From Obrimoposthia wandeli (taxonomy: Eukaryota), in assembly GCA_977020255.1 (NCBI GenBank), contig CDROCS010003444.1:1-64000 (forward strand): DNA of 64,000 nucleotides, read 5' to 3'. Position 1 is the stretch's first letter. Each line of letters opens with the position of its first letter. Of the stretch, positions 10,690 through 20,468 are shown piece after piece. The translations under genes were made by a program, and so were the position numbers. The notes beneath the pieces are model-generated. The model was not told the DNA's origin and searched no databases. It was given only the letters and a program-made list of their open reading frames with translations.

Positions 10690-11095
10690 CTTATAAGCAT
10701 TAACCCCTCTGACTTTATATGCATTAAGCAATGTGCCTTCGTATTTAGCTAAATCATCTTTCACCTTTAGCCACGCAAGCTTGCTTTCATAGTTCACGTG
10801 GGAGGCTGGTTCGAGATCACGTGGGTTTTCCAAAGAAGCCACGTTTAAATGCATACCTTCACATAATAATCTGCTTTAAGCCCCATTGGCGATGAGTAAC
10901 CATCACAAAAATACCTGTAAACACCTTTTCAACTGTTAACGTTTTCGGGGCACTTCCTGTCCATTTAAAATTTTTGATCGCAACACCGAGCTAAGCGACA
11001 ATTGGAGACGCAAAATTACAACGATAATCGTCGCAATAACAATAACAAGCTCATGCTACTTCATTCACTAATTCCCAACGCTTTTTTTGCAATGG
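10690..11095 (-). pseudogene. Degraded GFA/CENP-V family gene
   Basis: Stitched frames give GNCHCK, ACYCYCDDYRCNFASPIVA*LGV, FKWTG, GVYRYFCDG, SLENPRDLEPASHVNYESKLAWLKVKDDLAKY, with several stops and frameshifts. Confidence 0.7.
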
Positions 11096-11145
11096 CAATT
11101 GCCGTATATCACCAAACTTCACTCCAGCTACCCATGTAAGGTAAA

Positions 11146-12165
11146 GGCTATTTTCCCGAAAGATAGTGCTATACTGATAATATGATCAGTATAGATAGGG
11201 GTTAATCATGATTACTGCAGAATTCAATAAGCTTTTAAGTGCGCTTACTCAATTAACAGACCTACAAACTAAGAGGCTAGAAAAAGCTTTAAAAAGTGAG
11301 AGTCCAGCTCAAATCATCATCAATATTTTAGAGAAAAGGCTGGTCTCGAATCCAGAATGCCCGCATTGCCATTCAGATCGAATAAAGCGTAATGGAAAGC
11401 TAAATACAATGCAGCGTTATAGATGTAGCACCTGCTCTAAAACATTCAATGCAACGACAAATACACCCTTAGCAAAACTTCATTATAAGGATAAATGGCT
11501 AACTTACTTTTCTTGCATGATTGAAGGCGATGTACTGAGAAAGTCCGCTCTCAAATGTAGCATAAATCTCAAAACATCTTTCAGATGGAGACATCGTCTT
11601 TTAGAGCTGCCTGCTCTTCTTAAGGCCACGTCTTTACAAGGAATTATAGAAATGGATGAAACCTTTTTTCCTTATTCTGAAAAAGGGAGCAGGAGTTTAA
11701 GTAGGCCTGCAAAGCAGCGTGGAGAGAAAGCAAAGAAACGAGGAAGATCCAAGCAAGATTGGGTTGCTGTTATGACTGCACGTGACAGGTCTAAGCATAC
11801 TTATGAAGCGGTATTATCTTCGGTTAGTTCTGCAGAGCTAAACCGAAACCTAAGCGGGAAAATAGAAAAAGACAGTGTGCTGTGTAGCGACGGTTTTAGG
11901 GCATATATTCAAGTAGCTTCGGTCAATAAAATGGAACATAAGCGACTAAATGTATCTGCTGGAATAAGAGTTATCGATAACGTTTTTCATATTCAAAACG
12001 TAAATGCCTATCACCAAAGACTGAAAAGTTGGATCAAGCGTTTTCATGGAGTAGCCACCAAATACCTTGAACACTATTTGGGCTGGTTTAGATTTTAGAC
12101 ACGACAGATAATCCTAATGAAAACAGTCTCTTCGAAGTGCAGCAACACTTAACGGGAACATAGCC
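11146..12165 (+). mobile_element. IS1595-family insertion sequence, 1020 bp, imperfect TIRs, 8-bp TSD AAGGTAAA
   Basis: IRL GGCTATTTTCCCGAAAG; IRR reverse complement GGCTATGTTCCCGTTAAG; AAGGTAAA at 11138-11145 and 12166-12173. Confidence 0.93.
11208..12098 (+). CDS. IS1595-family DDE transposase, probably C-terminally truncated by a frameshift
   Basis: Zn-ribbon CPHC...RYRCSTC, HTH, EMDETFF, SDG, HIQNVNAYHQRLKSWIKRFHGVATKYLEHYLGWF. Confidence 0.9.
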   Translation: MITAEFNKLLSALTQLTDLQTKRLEKALKSESPAQIIINILEKRLVSNPECPHCHSDRIKRNGKLNTMQRYRCSTCSKTFNATTNTPLAKLHYKDKWLTYFSCMIEGDVLRKSALKCSINLKTSFRWRHRLLELPALLKATSLQGIIEMDETFFPYSEKGSRSLSRPAKQRGEKAKKRGRSKQDWVAVMTARDRSKHTYEAVLSSVSSAELNRNLSGKIEKDSVLCSDGFRAYIQVASVNKMEHKRLNVSAGIRVIDNVFHIQNVNAYHQRLKSWIKRFHGVATKYLEHYLGWFRF

Positions 12166-12626
12166 AAGGTAAAAAGTATATATGCGAGGATTACTAGCTC
12201 AGGCCTCTAAAATAAAATTTTAAAATTTATTTTGAATTAAAATAAACCAAAATAATACGAAGGTAATGAGTTGGGGAAATACTCTATTTAACTGAAGAAA
12301 AAATAGTCTTGAGGCATGTGAATTCTTGATTTATCATCGTTGAAGATGACGCATGATTTACTTAGCTCGCCTCTAAAGCAGCTTTTTTAGTTCTTTTATC
12401 ACTCTCTTCTTATAAAAGTTCGCAGTTGTTTTTTAAACATTTCTGCAAATTCATCGCATTATATTATAGCAGTACCAGCACTTACCTTGAACTTCAATTT
12501 GTTGAACGATTTACGTTCGATAAGTGTTCTCATTAACATTTATTGATGTAATTATCCTGTACGCTTTTAGTTTTTAGATCCAAGCGCTATCTAGCGCTAT
12601 GTTGTTGACTTAAAAAGCACATTTCA

Positions 12627-12675
12627 TGTCGCTTAAATACTTTTGTGATGGCGCTTTGAAATAGCTCGGTGTCGC
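12627..12675 (+). promoter_or_regulatory. Candidate AraC/GlxA-type operator: TG(T/G)CGC x3 at 21-22-bp period upstream of mttB
   Basis: TGTCGC at 12627, TGGCGC at 12649, TGTCGC at 12670. Confidence 0.4.
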
Positions 12676-12781
12676 GCTTAGATCAGCCTGTAAGTGAATG
12701 TCTAACCATAATTGGCTCATTATCTAAGTAGTATTTATTATGATTCTTTCCACTACTTTCTATTCCATGGAGCAGTTTAAT

Positions 12782-14347
12782 ATGAGCGATACCCCAACTA
12801 ACGCACGTCGCGCACGTGGCGGCCGAGCAGGTCGTAAAGCAAAAGAAGCCATTGAGGTTAATCCAATTGTTCCGTATATCACTCGTAACATTCCCTTTTA
12901 TGAAGTGTTAGATGAGGATGGTTATAAAATCATCGAAGCGAATGCCGAAACTATTTTATCTGAAATCGGTATTGAGTTTAGAGACGACGAAGAGGCGTTA
13001 CAAATTTGGCGCGATGCCGGAGCTGACGTACAAGGTGAATTAGTAAAATTCCCTAAAGGTTTATGTCGCAAATTAATTCAAGACTCTGCCCCTAGAGAGT
13101 TTACACAGCATGCCCGCAATGCTGAGCGCAGTGTTGTTATTGGTGGTAAAAACACCGTATTCGTTCCCGCTTACGGAAGCCCATTTGTTTCAGATATGGA
13201 CAAAGGGAGACGCTACGCAACGATTGAAGATTTTCAAAATTTTGTAAAACTGGCCTATATGTCAGATAGCTTACATCACTCTGGCGGTACCATTTGCGAG
13301 CCGGTTGATTTACCAGTGAATAAGCGTCATTTCGATATGATTTATACTCATATGAAGTATTCAGATAAGCCTTTCATGGGGTCTGTAACAGCACCCGAAA
13401 GAGCACAAGACTCTGTTGATATGTGTAAGATATTGTTCGGTGATGATTATATTGATAGCGATACAGGCAAGCCTAAAACGTGCATGATTAGCTTGATTAA
13501 CGCCAACTCGCCAATGACCTTTGATGACACTATGCTAGGTGCTGCTAAAGTATACGCGCGCAACAACCAAGCCTGTATCGTCACACCGTTTATACTAGCA
13601 GGTGCTATGTCTCCTGTGACAGTTGCGGGTACTGCTGCGCAATCACTTGCTGAAGCAATGGCAGGCATGGCATTTGTTCAATTAGTTAATCCAGGTGCTC
13701 CTGTAGTGATGGGTAGTTTTGCGAGCTCCATTTCTATGCAATCAGGTGCTCCTACTTTCGGTACGCCCGAGCCTGCACTTGTGCTTTATATCATGGCGGC
13801 GTTAGCAAGACGCTTAGGAGTACCTTTCAGATCCGGTGGCGGCCTATGTGGTTCTAAACAACCTGATGCTCAAGCAGCGAGTGAAGCGGCTAATACTTTA
13901 ATTCCGGCTACTTTAGCCGGCGTTAACTTTGCATTACACACGGCTGGCTGGCAGGAAGGTGGCCTAGTAATGGGCTATGAAAAATTTGTGATGGATACGG
14001 ATTTAGCAGGCATGATGTGTACGAAGCTAAAAGGGGTTGATCTTTCGGAGAACGGCCAAGCTTTAGATGCGATTCGTGAAGTTGGCCCCGGTAATCACTT
14101 CCTCGGTTGCGCCCATACCCAAGCCAATTTTAAAAGTGCCTTTTATCGATCTCCTCTGGCTGATAATAATAGTTTTGAGCAATGGGAAGCTGATGGCAGT
14201 TTAAGTCAAGAGCAACGCGCAAACGCTCTTTGGAAAAAGATGCTGGCAAACTATGAAGCTCCGCCTATAGACCCTGAAACTGACGCAGCTCTTATTGCTT
14301 TCATGGATGCACGTAAAGCTGCATTCCCTGATTCTAATATTTCTTAA
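12782..14347 (+). CDS. Non-pyrrolysine MttB-superfamily methylamine/betaine:corrinoid methyltransferase (MtgB-like)
   Basis: PAYGSPFV, HHSGGTICEPVD, SDKPFMG, GAPTFGTPE, SKQPDAQA, VGPGNHFLG. No in-frame TAG. Start placed at ATG 12782 (track start 12740). Confidence 0.92.
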   Translation: MSDTPTNARRARGGRAGRKAKEAIEVNPIVPYITRNIPFYEVLDEDGYKIIEANAETILSEIGIEFRDDEEALQIWRDAGADVQGELVKFPKGLCRKLIQDSAPREFTQHARNAERSVVIGGKNTVFVPAYGSPFVSDMDKGRRYATIEDFQNFVKLAYMSDSLHHSGGTICEPVDLPVNKRHFDMIYTHMKYSDKPFMGSVTAPERAQDSVDMCKILFGDDYIDSDTGKPKTCMISLINANSPMTFDDTMLGAAKVYARNNQACIVTPFILAGAMSPVTVAGTAAQSLAEAMAGMAFVQLVNPGAPVVMGSFASSISMQSGAPTFGTPEPALVLYIMAALARRLGVPFRSGGGLCGSKQPDAQAASEAANTLIPATLAGVNFALHTAGWQEGGLVMGYEKFVMDTDLAGMMCTKLKGVDLSENGQALDAIREVGPGNHFLGCAHTQANFKSAFYRSPLADNNSFEQWEADGSLSQEQRANALWKKMLANYEAPPIDPETDAALIAFMDARKAAFPDSNIS

Positions 14348-14353
14348 TTTATC

Positions 14354-14386
14354 GCGACCTCGTACAACACGAGGTCGCTTTGTTTT
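14354..14386 (+). terminator. Intrinsic terminator after mttB
   Basis: GCGACCTCGT-ACAAC-ACGAGGTCGC followed by TTTGTTTT. Confidence 0.8.
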
Positions 14387-14681
14387 GCTATCTATTTATC
14401 TATGAAACCCATACACATTTTATTTGACTTACATTAATCTGAGTTCGCAGATTCACCATTACTTTGTGCCTAGTATTATCTTAAACTGCCTTTCGCTTAT
14501 TAATCTACGGTAAATTCGCACCTATCAACAAACTGATTTTTTCATCTTCTTTGTGCATATAATGCATAGGGTTTTTTAGAAATCGTGCTATTTTACAAGT
14601 TCTAGATCACTCTGATAAAAACTAAAAAAAACACTATAAATCCTTATCATATTAAGCTATATCAATAGCTTGAGATACGAC

Positions 14682-15668
14682 ATGACAATACAATCTACTA
14701 AATCACCAACACGTTACGGCTTTTTGCTAGTCGATAAATATTCAATGATTGCACTTAGTTCTGCAATTGAACCTTTGCGTATGGCAAACAGACTTTCTAA
14801 ACAAACCCTATATGAATGGCCTGTTTTTACGGTAGATGGACTACCTGTCCCCGCTAGCAACGGGTTAGTCGTTACGCCGGATAGCGCTGTCGATCAGATC
14901 GCTAACTTAGATATTTTATTTATTTGTGCAGGCGTTGATGTATCTGGGGTTTATACTAAAAAGCTGCACTCTACTTTATGCAAACTTGCACTGCAAAAAG
15001 TCAACTTAGGCGGCTTGTGTACGGGTACATATTTACTGGCTCGCGCCGGGTTACTCAATGGCTATAGATGTACTATCCACTGGGAGAATATGGCAAGCTT
15101 ACGTGAAGAGTACAATCAAGTCTCCGTTAGCGATGAGCTTTACGAGATTGACCGAGATCGCTACACCTGTGCCGGTGGCAGCGCCCCGTTAGATATGATG
15201 CTAAAACTCATTAGCGACTCAAATAGTGGTAAGCTTTCTGCCAATATTTCTGAGCAATTTGTTTGCGATAGAATTCGTGGCCGCCACGATAGACAGCGTA
15301 CACCGCTACAACAGCATTTAGGGGCTAGCCAGCCCAAATTAATTGAGGCAATTACCTTAATGGAAGCCAATATTGAGGAGCCGATGAGTATTGACGAACT
15401 GGCCAGCTTAGTAGGTGTCTCTAGAAGACAATTAGAGCGACTATTCCAAAAGTATTTGAGTTGTGTTCCAACAAGATATTATATGGACTTACGTTTGAAT
15501 TGTGCCCGCAGATTATTGCTACAAACCAGCAAATCTGTCATTGATGTATCACTTGCATGTGGTTTTGTTTCCCCGCCACATTTCAGCAAATGCTATCGGG
15601 ATTATTTTGGCATCCCACCTCGAAATGAACGCCAACAAAAACTATCCAATATGGATATAGAGTATTGA
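14682..15668 (+). CDS. GlxA/GbdR-family AraC regulator (DJ-1 domain + HTH)
   Basis: IEPLRMANRLS, GGLCTGTYLLARAGLL, TIHWEN, TCAGG, VSRRQLERLFQKY, SHFSK-like FVSPPHFSKCYR. Confidence 0.9.
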   Translation: MTIQSTKSPTRYGFLLVDKYSMIALSSAIEPLRMANRLSKQTLYEWPVFTVDGLPVPASNGLVVTPDSAVDQIANLDILFICAGVDVSGVYTKKLHSTLCKLALQKVNLGGLCTGTYLLARAGLLNGYRCTIHWENMASLREEYNQVSVSDELYEIDRDRYTCAGGSAPLDMMLKLISDSNSGKLSANISEQFVCDRIRGRHDRQRTPLQQHLGASQPKLIEAITLMEANIEEPMSIDELASLVGVSRRQLERLFQKYLSCVPTRYYMDLRLNCARRLLLQTSKSVIDVSLACGFVSPPHFSKCYRDYFGIPPRNERQQKLSNMDIEY

Positions 15669-15670
15669 TA

Positions 15671-15711
15671 AGTAATAAAAAAGGCGCTAATAAGGCGCCT
15701 TTTTTATTACT
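15671..15711. terminator. Bidirectional intrinsic terminator between convergent genes
   Basis: AGTAATAAAAAAGGCGC-TAATAAG-GCGCCTTTTTTATTACT, a perfect inverted repeat. Confidence 0.85.
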
Positions 15712-15734
15712 CAATACACTCTTAGTATTTCTAC

Positions 15735-17795
15735 TTATGAACTTCTCGATCTCCTTCGGCTCGTGGTACGCCCACCTCGAGGTGCACTACTCACTTCTTT
15801 CCTTGCGGGTAATTGCACCACTTTAGACAGATTAACAAAATCATCTGTCAAATGCGGTAAAGCCATTGCCGCTACAAAGTGATCTTGAAACTTTGCCTCG
15901 GTTGCTGTTTCAATCTTTTCAACTTTATCAATAATATTGGAGATCAGCGTTCGTTTTTCGCGATTCAACAATGCAATACGCGCACCCGTTCCGGCTGCAT
16001 TACCCACCGGGGCCACAAGCGGTAAATCGCAGTCGGGAATAAGCCCTAACACCATCGCATACTTAACATCAATATGACTGCCAAACGCACCCGCCAAGCC
16101 AATACGCCCTACTGTCGCCACTTGCATATGATCCATTAGCAATCGAATGCCTGCATATAGCGCTGCTTTTGCCAGCTGAATAGCACGCACATCATTTTGA
16201 GTGATAGACAGTGTTTTTTCACTTTCATGCAAAACGTAAGTAAAAGTACGGCCATCTGCGACTATTCGCTGACTTTTCTCGGCCATCGCGCCATCAATCA
16301 CACCATCACTATTAATAACGCCGGCTAAAAACAATTCAGCGACTATTTCAATAATACCTGAACCACAAATACCGCTAATCTGCAGCTTCTTAGTTTTCTC
16401 GGAAAAATCTTCATCGTTAGACCAAAGGTCACAGCCAATCACTTTGAATTTAGGTTCAAGGGTGTCTTTATCGATGCGTACACGCTCAACGGCACCTACT
16501 GCTGCGCGTTGGCCACAGCTAATTTGTGCGCCTTCAAATGCCGGCCCTGTTGGGCTAGATGCGGCTAATAAGCGCTCTTTGTTACCTAATACAATTTCGG
16601 CATTGGTGCCAATATCCACCAGCAAAGTGACTTCGTCAGCTTGATCAGGGCGCTCTGCTAAAATCATTCCTGCTGTATCAGCCCCTATATGCCCTGCTAT
16701 ACAAGGTAAAATAAATGCTTTAGCGCTTGGGTGCAGTGCTACATCTAACTGACTCGCTTTTAATGTAATCGCCATATCGGTGGCTAGCGCAAAAGGCGCG
16801 GTGCCCAGTGGCGTCGGGTCAATGCCTAACAATAAATGGTGCATGATAGGGTTGCACACGATGGTCATGTCGATGATATCGGCAATGTCTATTTTGGCTT
16901 TTTTGGCCGCTTCTTTAGCTAATTGATTAAACGCTTGGCGCACCGCGTTAGTCATTTCGACTTCGCCGCCATCATTCATCATCACATAAGAGACACGGCT
17001 CATTAAATCTTCGCCGAATCTTATTTGCGGGTTCATGGCAGCACAAGTTGCTAATACTTTGCCGCTACTAAGCTCGCACAAATGTGCCGCTATTGTGGTT
17101 GAGCCTAAATCGATGGCTAAACCGTATAGGCCAAGTTTAATGCCTGGCCATACTGCAATTATTTCTGCACTGCTCTTTATGTTGCGCTCAGGGCTGCTTG
17201 TGCTGACATCATTATCGTAATAAAGCGCTAGCGTAATCTCGCGACCCGCTTTTGCTAGAGCTGGTTGTAACTGCTGCATTACCGATAGCTCGCAACGACT
17301 ACTGTCTAGGTTATGTTGTTTTAACAACATATCTTGCACTCTCTGAAGATCAGAGGCTGGTTCATCAATGTTTGGCTCATCAACAGTGAAGGTAAACAAT
17401 TTTACATTCGGATCTATCACTAGCTCTAAGGCCGTCGCCTCTTTAACAATGTGCTGTTTATGTAGCTGACTACTCGCCGGAACATCGACAACTAAATCAC
17501 CTAAAATTTGCACATTACAGCTCAGGCGCTTACCCGTGCTTAAGTCTAATTTTCGATTGGTATGCTCAAGTTCACTCGGCACTGACATATTCTCTAATTT
17601 AGAGACAATGCCGTGTTTAGGAAACTCACCGATACTAGGCATAACCTGGCAGCGAGTACATATACCTCGCCCGCCACAGCTTGATTCAAGATCAACCCCT
17701 AATAGCTGCGCAGCTTGTAGCACTGGAGTACCCAATGCAAACTCACCGCGCAAACCACTAGGTGTAAATACTACTGTTGCTTTTTGTGTCATCAT
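15735..17795 (-). CDS. [2Fe-2S]-ASKHA reductive activator of corrinoid enzymes (RACE/RamA-like)
   Basis: CGGRGICTRC and RLSC ferredoxin motifs, IDLGSTT, GEDLMSRV, VDIGTNAEI, GPAFEG, GICGSG, GAFGS, GNAAG. Confidence 0.92.
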   Translation of the reverse strand: MMTQKATVVFTPSGLRGEFALGTPVLQAAQLLGVDLESSCGGRGICTRCQVMPSIGEFPKHGIVSKLENMSVPSELEHTNRKLDLSTGKRLSCNVQILGDLVVDVPASSQLHKQHIVKEATALELVIDPNVKLFTFTVDEPNIDEPASDLQRVQDMLLKQHNLDSSRCELSVMQQLQPALAKAGREITLALYYDNDVSTSSPERNIKSSAEIIAVWPGIKLGLYGLAIDLGSTTIAAHLCELSSGKVLATCAAMNPQIRFGEDLMSRVSYVMMNDGGEVEMTNAVRQAFNQLAKEAAKKAKIDIADIIDMTIVCNPIMHHLLLGIDPTPLGTAPFALATDMAITLKASQLDVALHPSAKAFILPCIAGHIGADTAGMILAERPDQADEVTLLVDIGTNAEIVLGNKERLLAASSPTGPAFEGAQISCGQRAAVGAVERVRIDKDTLEPKFKVIGCDLWSNDEDFSEKTKKLQISGICGSGIIEIVAELFLAGVINSDGVIDGAMAEKSQRIVADGRTFTYVLHESEKTLSITQNDVRAIQLAKAALYAGIRLLMDHMQVATVGRIGLAGAFGSHIDVKYAMVLGLIPDCDLPLVAPVGNAAGTGARIALLNREKRTLISNIIDKVEKIETATEAKFQDHFVAAMALPHLTDDFVNLSKVVQLPARKEVSSAPRGGRTTSRRRSRSS

Positions 17796-17803
17796 TAAAT
17801 CCG

Positions 17804-17893
17804 CTGAATAAGGTTATGAAAGATATCTAATATTATTATTGGCTACCTTTTACGGCACCCTCTGAATAAGGTTATGAAAGATATCTAATATTA
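17804..17893. repeat. Perfect 32-bp direct repeat x2 (17804-17835, 17862-17893) with a 26-bp spacer
   Basis: CTGAATAAGGTTATGAAAGATATCTAATATTA occurs twice; the second copy overlaps the stop codon of the upstream gene. Confidence 0.9.
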
Positions 17894-18787
17894 GGCGCGA
17901 CGTCTGCGCCCACTTCTACCGTTTCTACCTTCGCCTTCCGCTGTTGGCTCACGAAAACGTTTGATCCAATTAGCACAATCTGGATCTCGACCCATCATCA
18001 CATCAGCACCTAGTGTTGCTGCTATTACTTCTGTATGTAATGGATTGGTGATTGCAGAAGTCATACCCGCTGCTATTGCCATACTTAAAAATGCAGCATT
18101 AAAGCCATCTCTGTTAGGTATACCAAAACTGATGTTAGAAGCACCACAAGTGGTATTGACTTTAAGCTCAGTGCGCAAGCGATGTACTAATTTCATCACT
18201 TGAATACCTGAATCATTGATCGCGCCTATAGGCATAACTAAAGGATCAACAACTACATCGCACGCTGGAATACCATAATCTGCTGCGCGCTCTACTATTT
18301 TTTTAGCCACTTCAAAACGCACATTTGGATCTTGTGAGATACCCGTTTCATCGTTTGAAATGGCAACGACTGCAGCACCGTACTTTTTAACTAGTGGTAG
18401 TACGCGCTCCATTTGCTCATCTTCGCCGGTCACTGAATTAACAAGTGCTTTACCTTTATAAACGGACAAACCCACTTCTAAAGCTTCTACAATTGACGAG
18501 TCAATACATAAAGGAATATCGGTAAATGACTGAATAAGCTGAATAACTTCACCCAGTATTCTAGGCTCATCGGCCAGTGGAATACCTGCGTTAACATCGA
18601 GTATGTGTGCACCTGCAGCGATTTGTGCCAGCGCATCCGCTTTAACTCGGCTGTAATCACCTTCTTTCATTTCAGCGGCAAGTAGCTTACGACCCGTCGG
18701 GTTAATGCGCTCGCCAATAATTACAAACGGGCGCTCAAAACCAATCACAGCTTCTTTAGTGGCTGAACTTAAAATTGTATCTGTCAT
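17891..18787 (-). CDS. Pterin-binding methyl-THF:corrinoid methyltransferase (MeTr/MetH folate domain)
   Basis: IIGERINPTGRK, LDVNAG, PLCIDSS, VNSVTGE, VVDPLV, GASNISFGIPNR. Confidence 0.9.
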   Translation of the reverse strand: MTDTILSSATKEAVIGFERPFVIIGERINPTGRKLLAAEMKEGDYSRVKADALAQIAAGAHILDVNAGIPLADEPRILGEVIQLIQSFTDIPLCIDSSIVEALEVGLSVYKGKALVNSVTGEDEQMERVLPLVKKYGAAVVAISNDETGISQDPNVRFEVAKKIVERAADYGIPACDVVVDPLVMPIGAINDSGIQVMKLVHRLRTELKVNTTCGASNISFGIPNRDGFNAAFLSMAIAAGMTSAITNPLHTEVIAATLGADVMMGRDPDCANWIKRFREPTAEGEGRNGRSGRRRRA

Positions 18788-19803
18788 TTTGCTGTACTCT
18801 CTGTCAACAGTTGCTCATCGCGTCCCGGGTACCACGGGGTTCTTCCCTGTAGTACACCCGAGCGTTTAATTATGTCACCTACCGCATCTTCTTGGCGGTA
18901 TGCCATGACGTGTATGCCACTAACTCCTTCAATTTCACTGAGTTCTTGAATCAGCTCAACACAAAGCTCTTGGCTTTCTTTCTTTTGATCTTTAGCACCT
19001 GCTAAGCGTGCAATGACCGAATCCGGGATATGTATACCGGGCACATTATTGCGTATCCATGTAGCCGTTTTTGCGGATGCCATCGGCCCAACACCTGGCA
19101 ATACAAATACCTTTTCTAACAAACCTAAATCTCTCGACTTTGCCATAAACTCTTTAAAACGCGGCACATCAAAACAATAATTGGTTTGCACAAACTGTGC
19201 CCCCGCAGCTATTTTTTTAGCTAAGCGGTAAGGTCTAAAATCATGTGGTGGTGCAAAAGGGTTGGATGCTGCACCTAAAAAAACTGTAGGTGGATCAGTG
19301 ATTTTACGGCCGCTTAAAAACTGACCTTTATCGCGCATGCCTCTTATCGTTTCTAAAAGTGACATACAATCTAAATCAAATACAGGTTTGGCTTGTGGGT
19401 GATCGCCCGCCTGCACCCCATCTCCTGTTAGGCACAACATGTTAGTAACACCCATCGCTGCACCACCTAGCACATCACCTTGAATAGCAATGCGGTTTTT
19501 GTCACGACAAGAGATTTGCATAATAGGTGCATAACCAACACGGGTTAACAATGCACACATACTCACGCTTGACATATGACAGTTAGCGCCAGAGCCATCT
19601 GTGGCATTCATGCCGTCAACAAACCCATCGAACACACGAGCTCTGTCATATACATCTTGTGGGTTTGCTGAATCAGGTGGTGCGAGCTCGGATGTCACAG
19701 CAAAGTGACCGGCACGCAACACACGCTCTAATCTTCCAGCTGATGTATGCCCTTCTAATATAGGTAGCTTTTCGCCTGGGATAGGCTCATCCGTAAATAT
19801 CAT
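18784..19803 (-). CDS. metF: Methylenetetrahydrofolate reductase
   Basis: TSELAPP, NATDGS, QISCRDKNR, LCLTGD, KKIAAGAQFVQT, GIHVM. Confidence 0.88.
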   Translation of the reverse strand: MIFTDEPIPGEKLPILEGHTSAGRLERVLRAGHFAVTSELAPPDSANPQDVYDRARVFDGFVDGMNATDGSGANCHMSSVSMCALLTRVGYAPIMQISCRDKNRIAIQGDVLGGAAMGVTNMLCLTGDGVQAGDHPQAKPVFDLDCMSLLETIRGMRDKGQFLSGRKITDPPTVFLGAASNPFAPPHDFRPYRLAKKIAAGAQFVQTNYCFDVPRFKEFMAKSRDLGLLEKVFVLPGVGPMASAKTATWIRNNVPGIHIPDSVIARLAGAKDQKKESQELCVELIQELSEIEGVSGIHVMAYRQEDAVGDIIKRSGVLQGRTPWYPGRDEQLLTESTAK

Positions 19804-20282
19804 TTTTGTTTAGGCTCTTGTTGTGTAGGCTCATATTGCTGAACTATTTCGTTTATTTTACGCAACCAAGAAGAACTACCTTGCTGTGAGTGATCAACAG
19901 GGATTTGCACGATATTAATACGATCGCCTGAATTCATACTTTGGCTACCTCGCCAAGCCTCCATCCATACACAACGCATTTCAGGCTTTACTTCACAATG
20001 GCCATTTTGACGCACACCGCCACAAGGCCCGTTACGCAAATTTTTTGGGCAGTTCATAGAACATGACATACCCGTTGAGCTTAACGCGCACTGCCCACAC
20101 ATTTTGCAATCGAATAATAAGCCTTTACACCATTGCTCTACTTTTGCGACAGGCTTTTCTAAACGCTCGAAGCCAATTTTAGCTAATAGCGGATGTATTT
20201 TAATTAACACTTTTTCAAACGTGTTGTACAAGCATTCAAAAATATTTGAATGTGTAACCGCCCACTGACGCACCTTTAACAT
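19800..20282 (-). CDS. MetV-like / MTHFR C-terminal Cys-rich protein
   Basis: CKMCGQC, CSMNCPK, NGPCGG, CEV, CVW; stop overlaps the metF start. Confidence 0.8.
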   Translation of the reverse strand: MLKVRQWAVTHSNIFECLYNTFEKVLIKIHPLLAKIGFERLEKPVAKVEQWCKGLLFDCKMCGQCALSSTGMSCSMNCPKNLRNGPCGGVRQNGHCEVKPEMRCVWMEAWRGSQSMNSGDRINIVQIPVDHSQQGSSSWLRKINEIVQQYEPTQQEPKQK

Positions 20283-20468
20283 TTATATCTCCAACCCAGT
20301 TCTTTGTCACTAGTATCTTAGAGAAGATGTTAAAAAGCGGCGGCCACTTTTTAGTAGTCACCCGTTTATATATCATGTTCAGCTAAGATAATTCTGCGTT
20401 CTAGTCTCGATGCTTTCATGCTTCCTACTTTGTGCTAAGTAAAAGGCTTAAGACGTACTTAAGGAAAG

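Noticed and set aside
12782-14347. Pyrrolysine-containing MttB
   Set aside because: No in-frame TAG, and no pyl genes in the window.
17804-17893. Mini-CRISPR (32-bp repeats, 26-bp spacer)
   Set aside because: Only two repeats, non-palindromic, overlapping a stop codon, and no cas genes.
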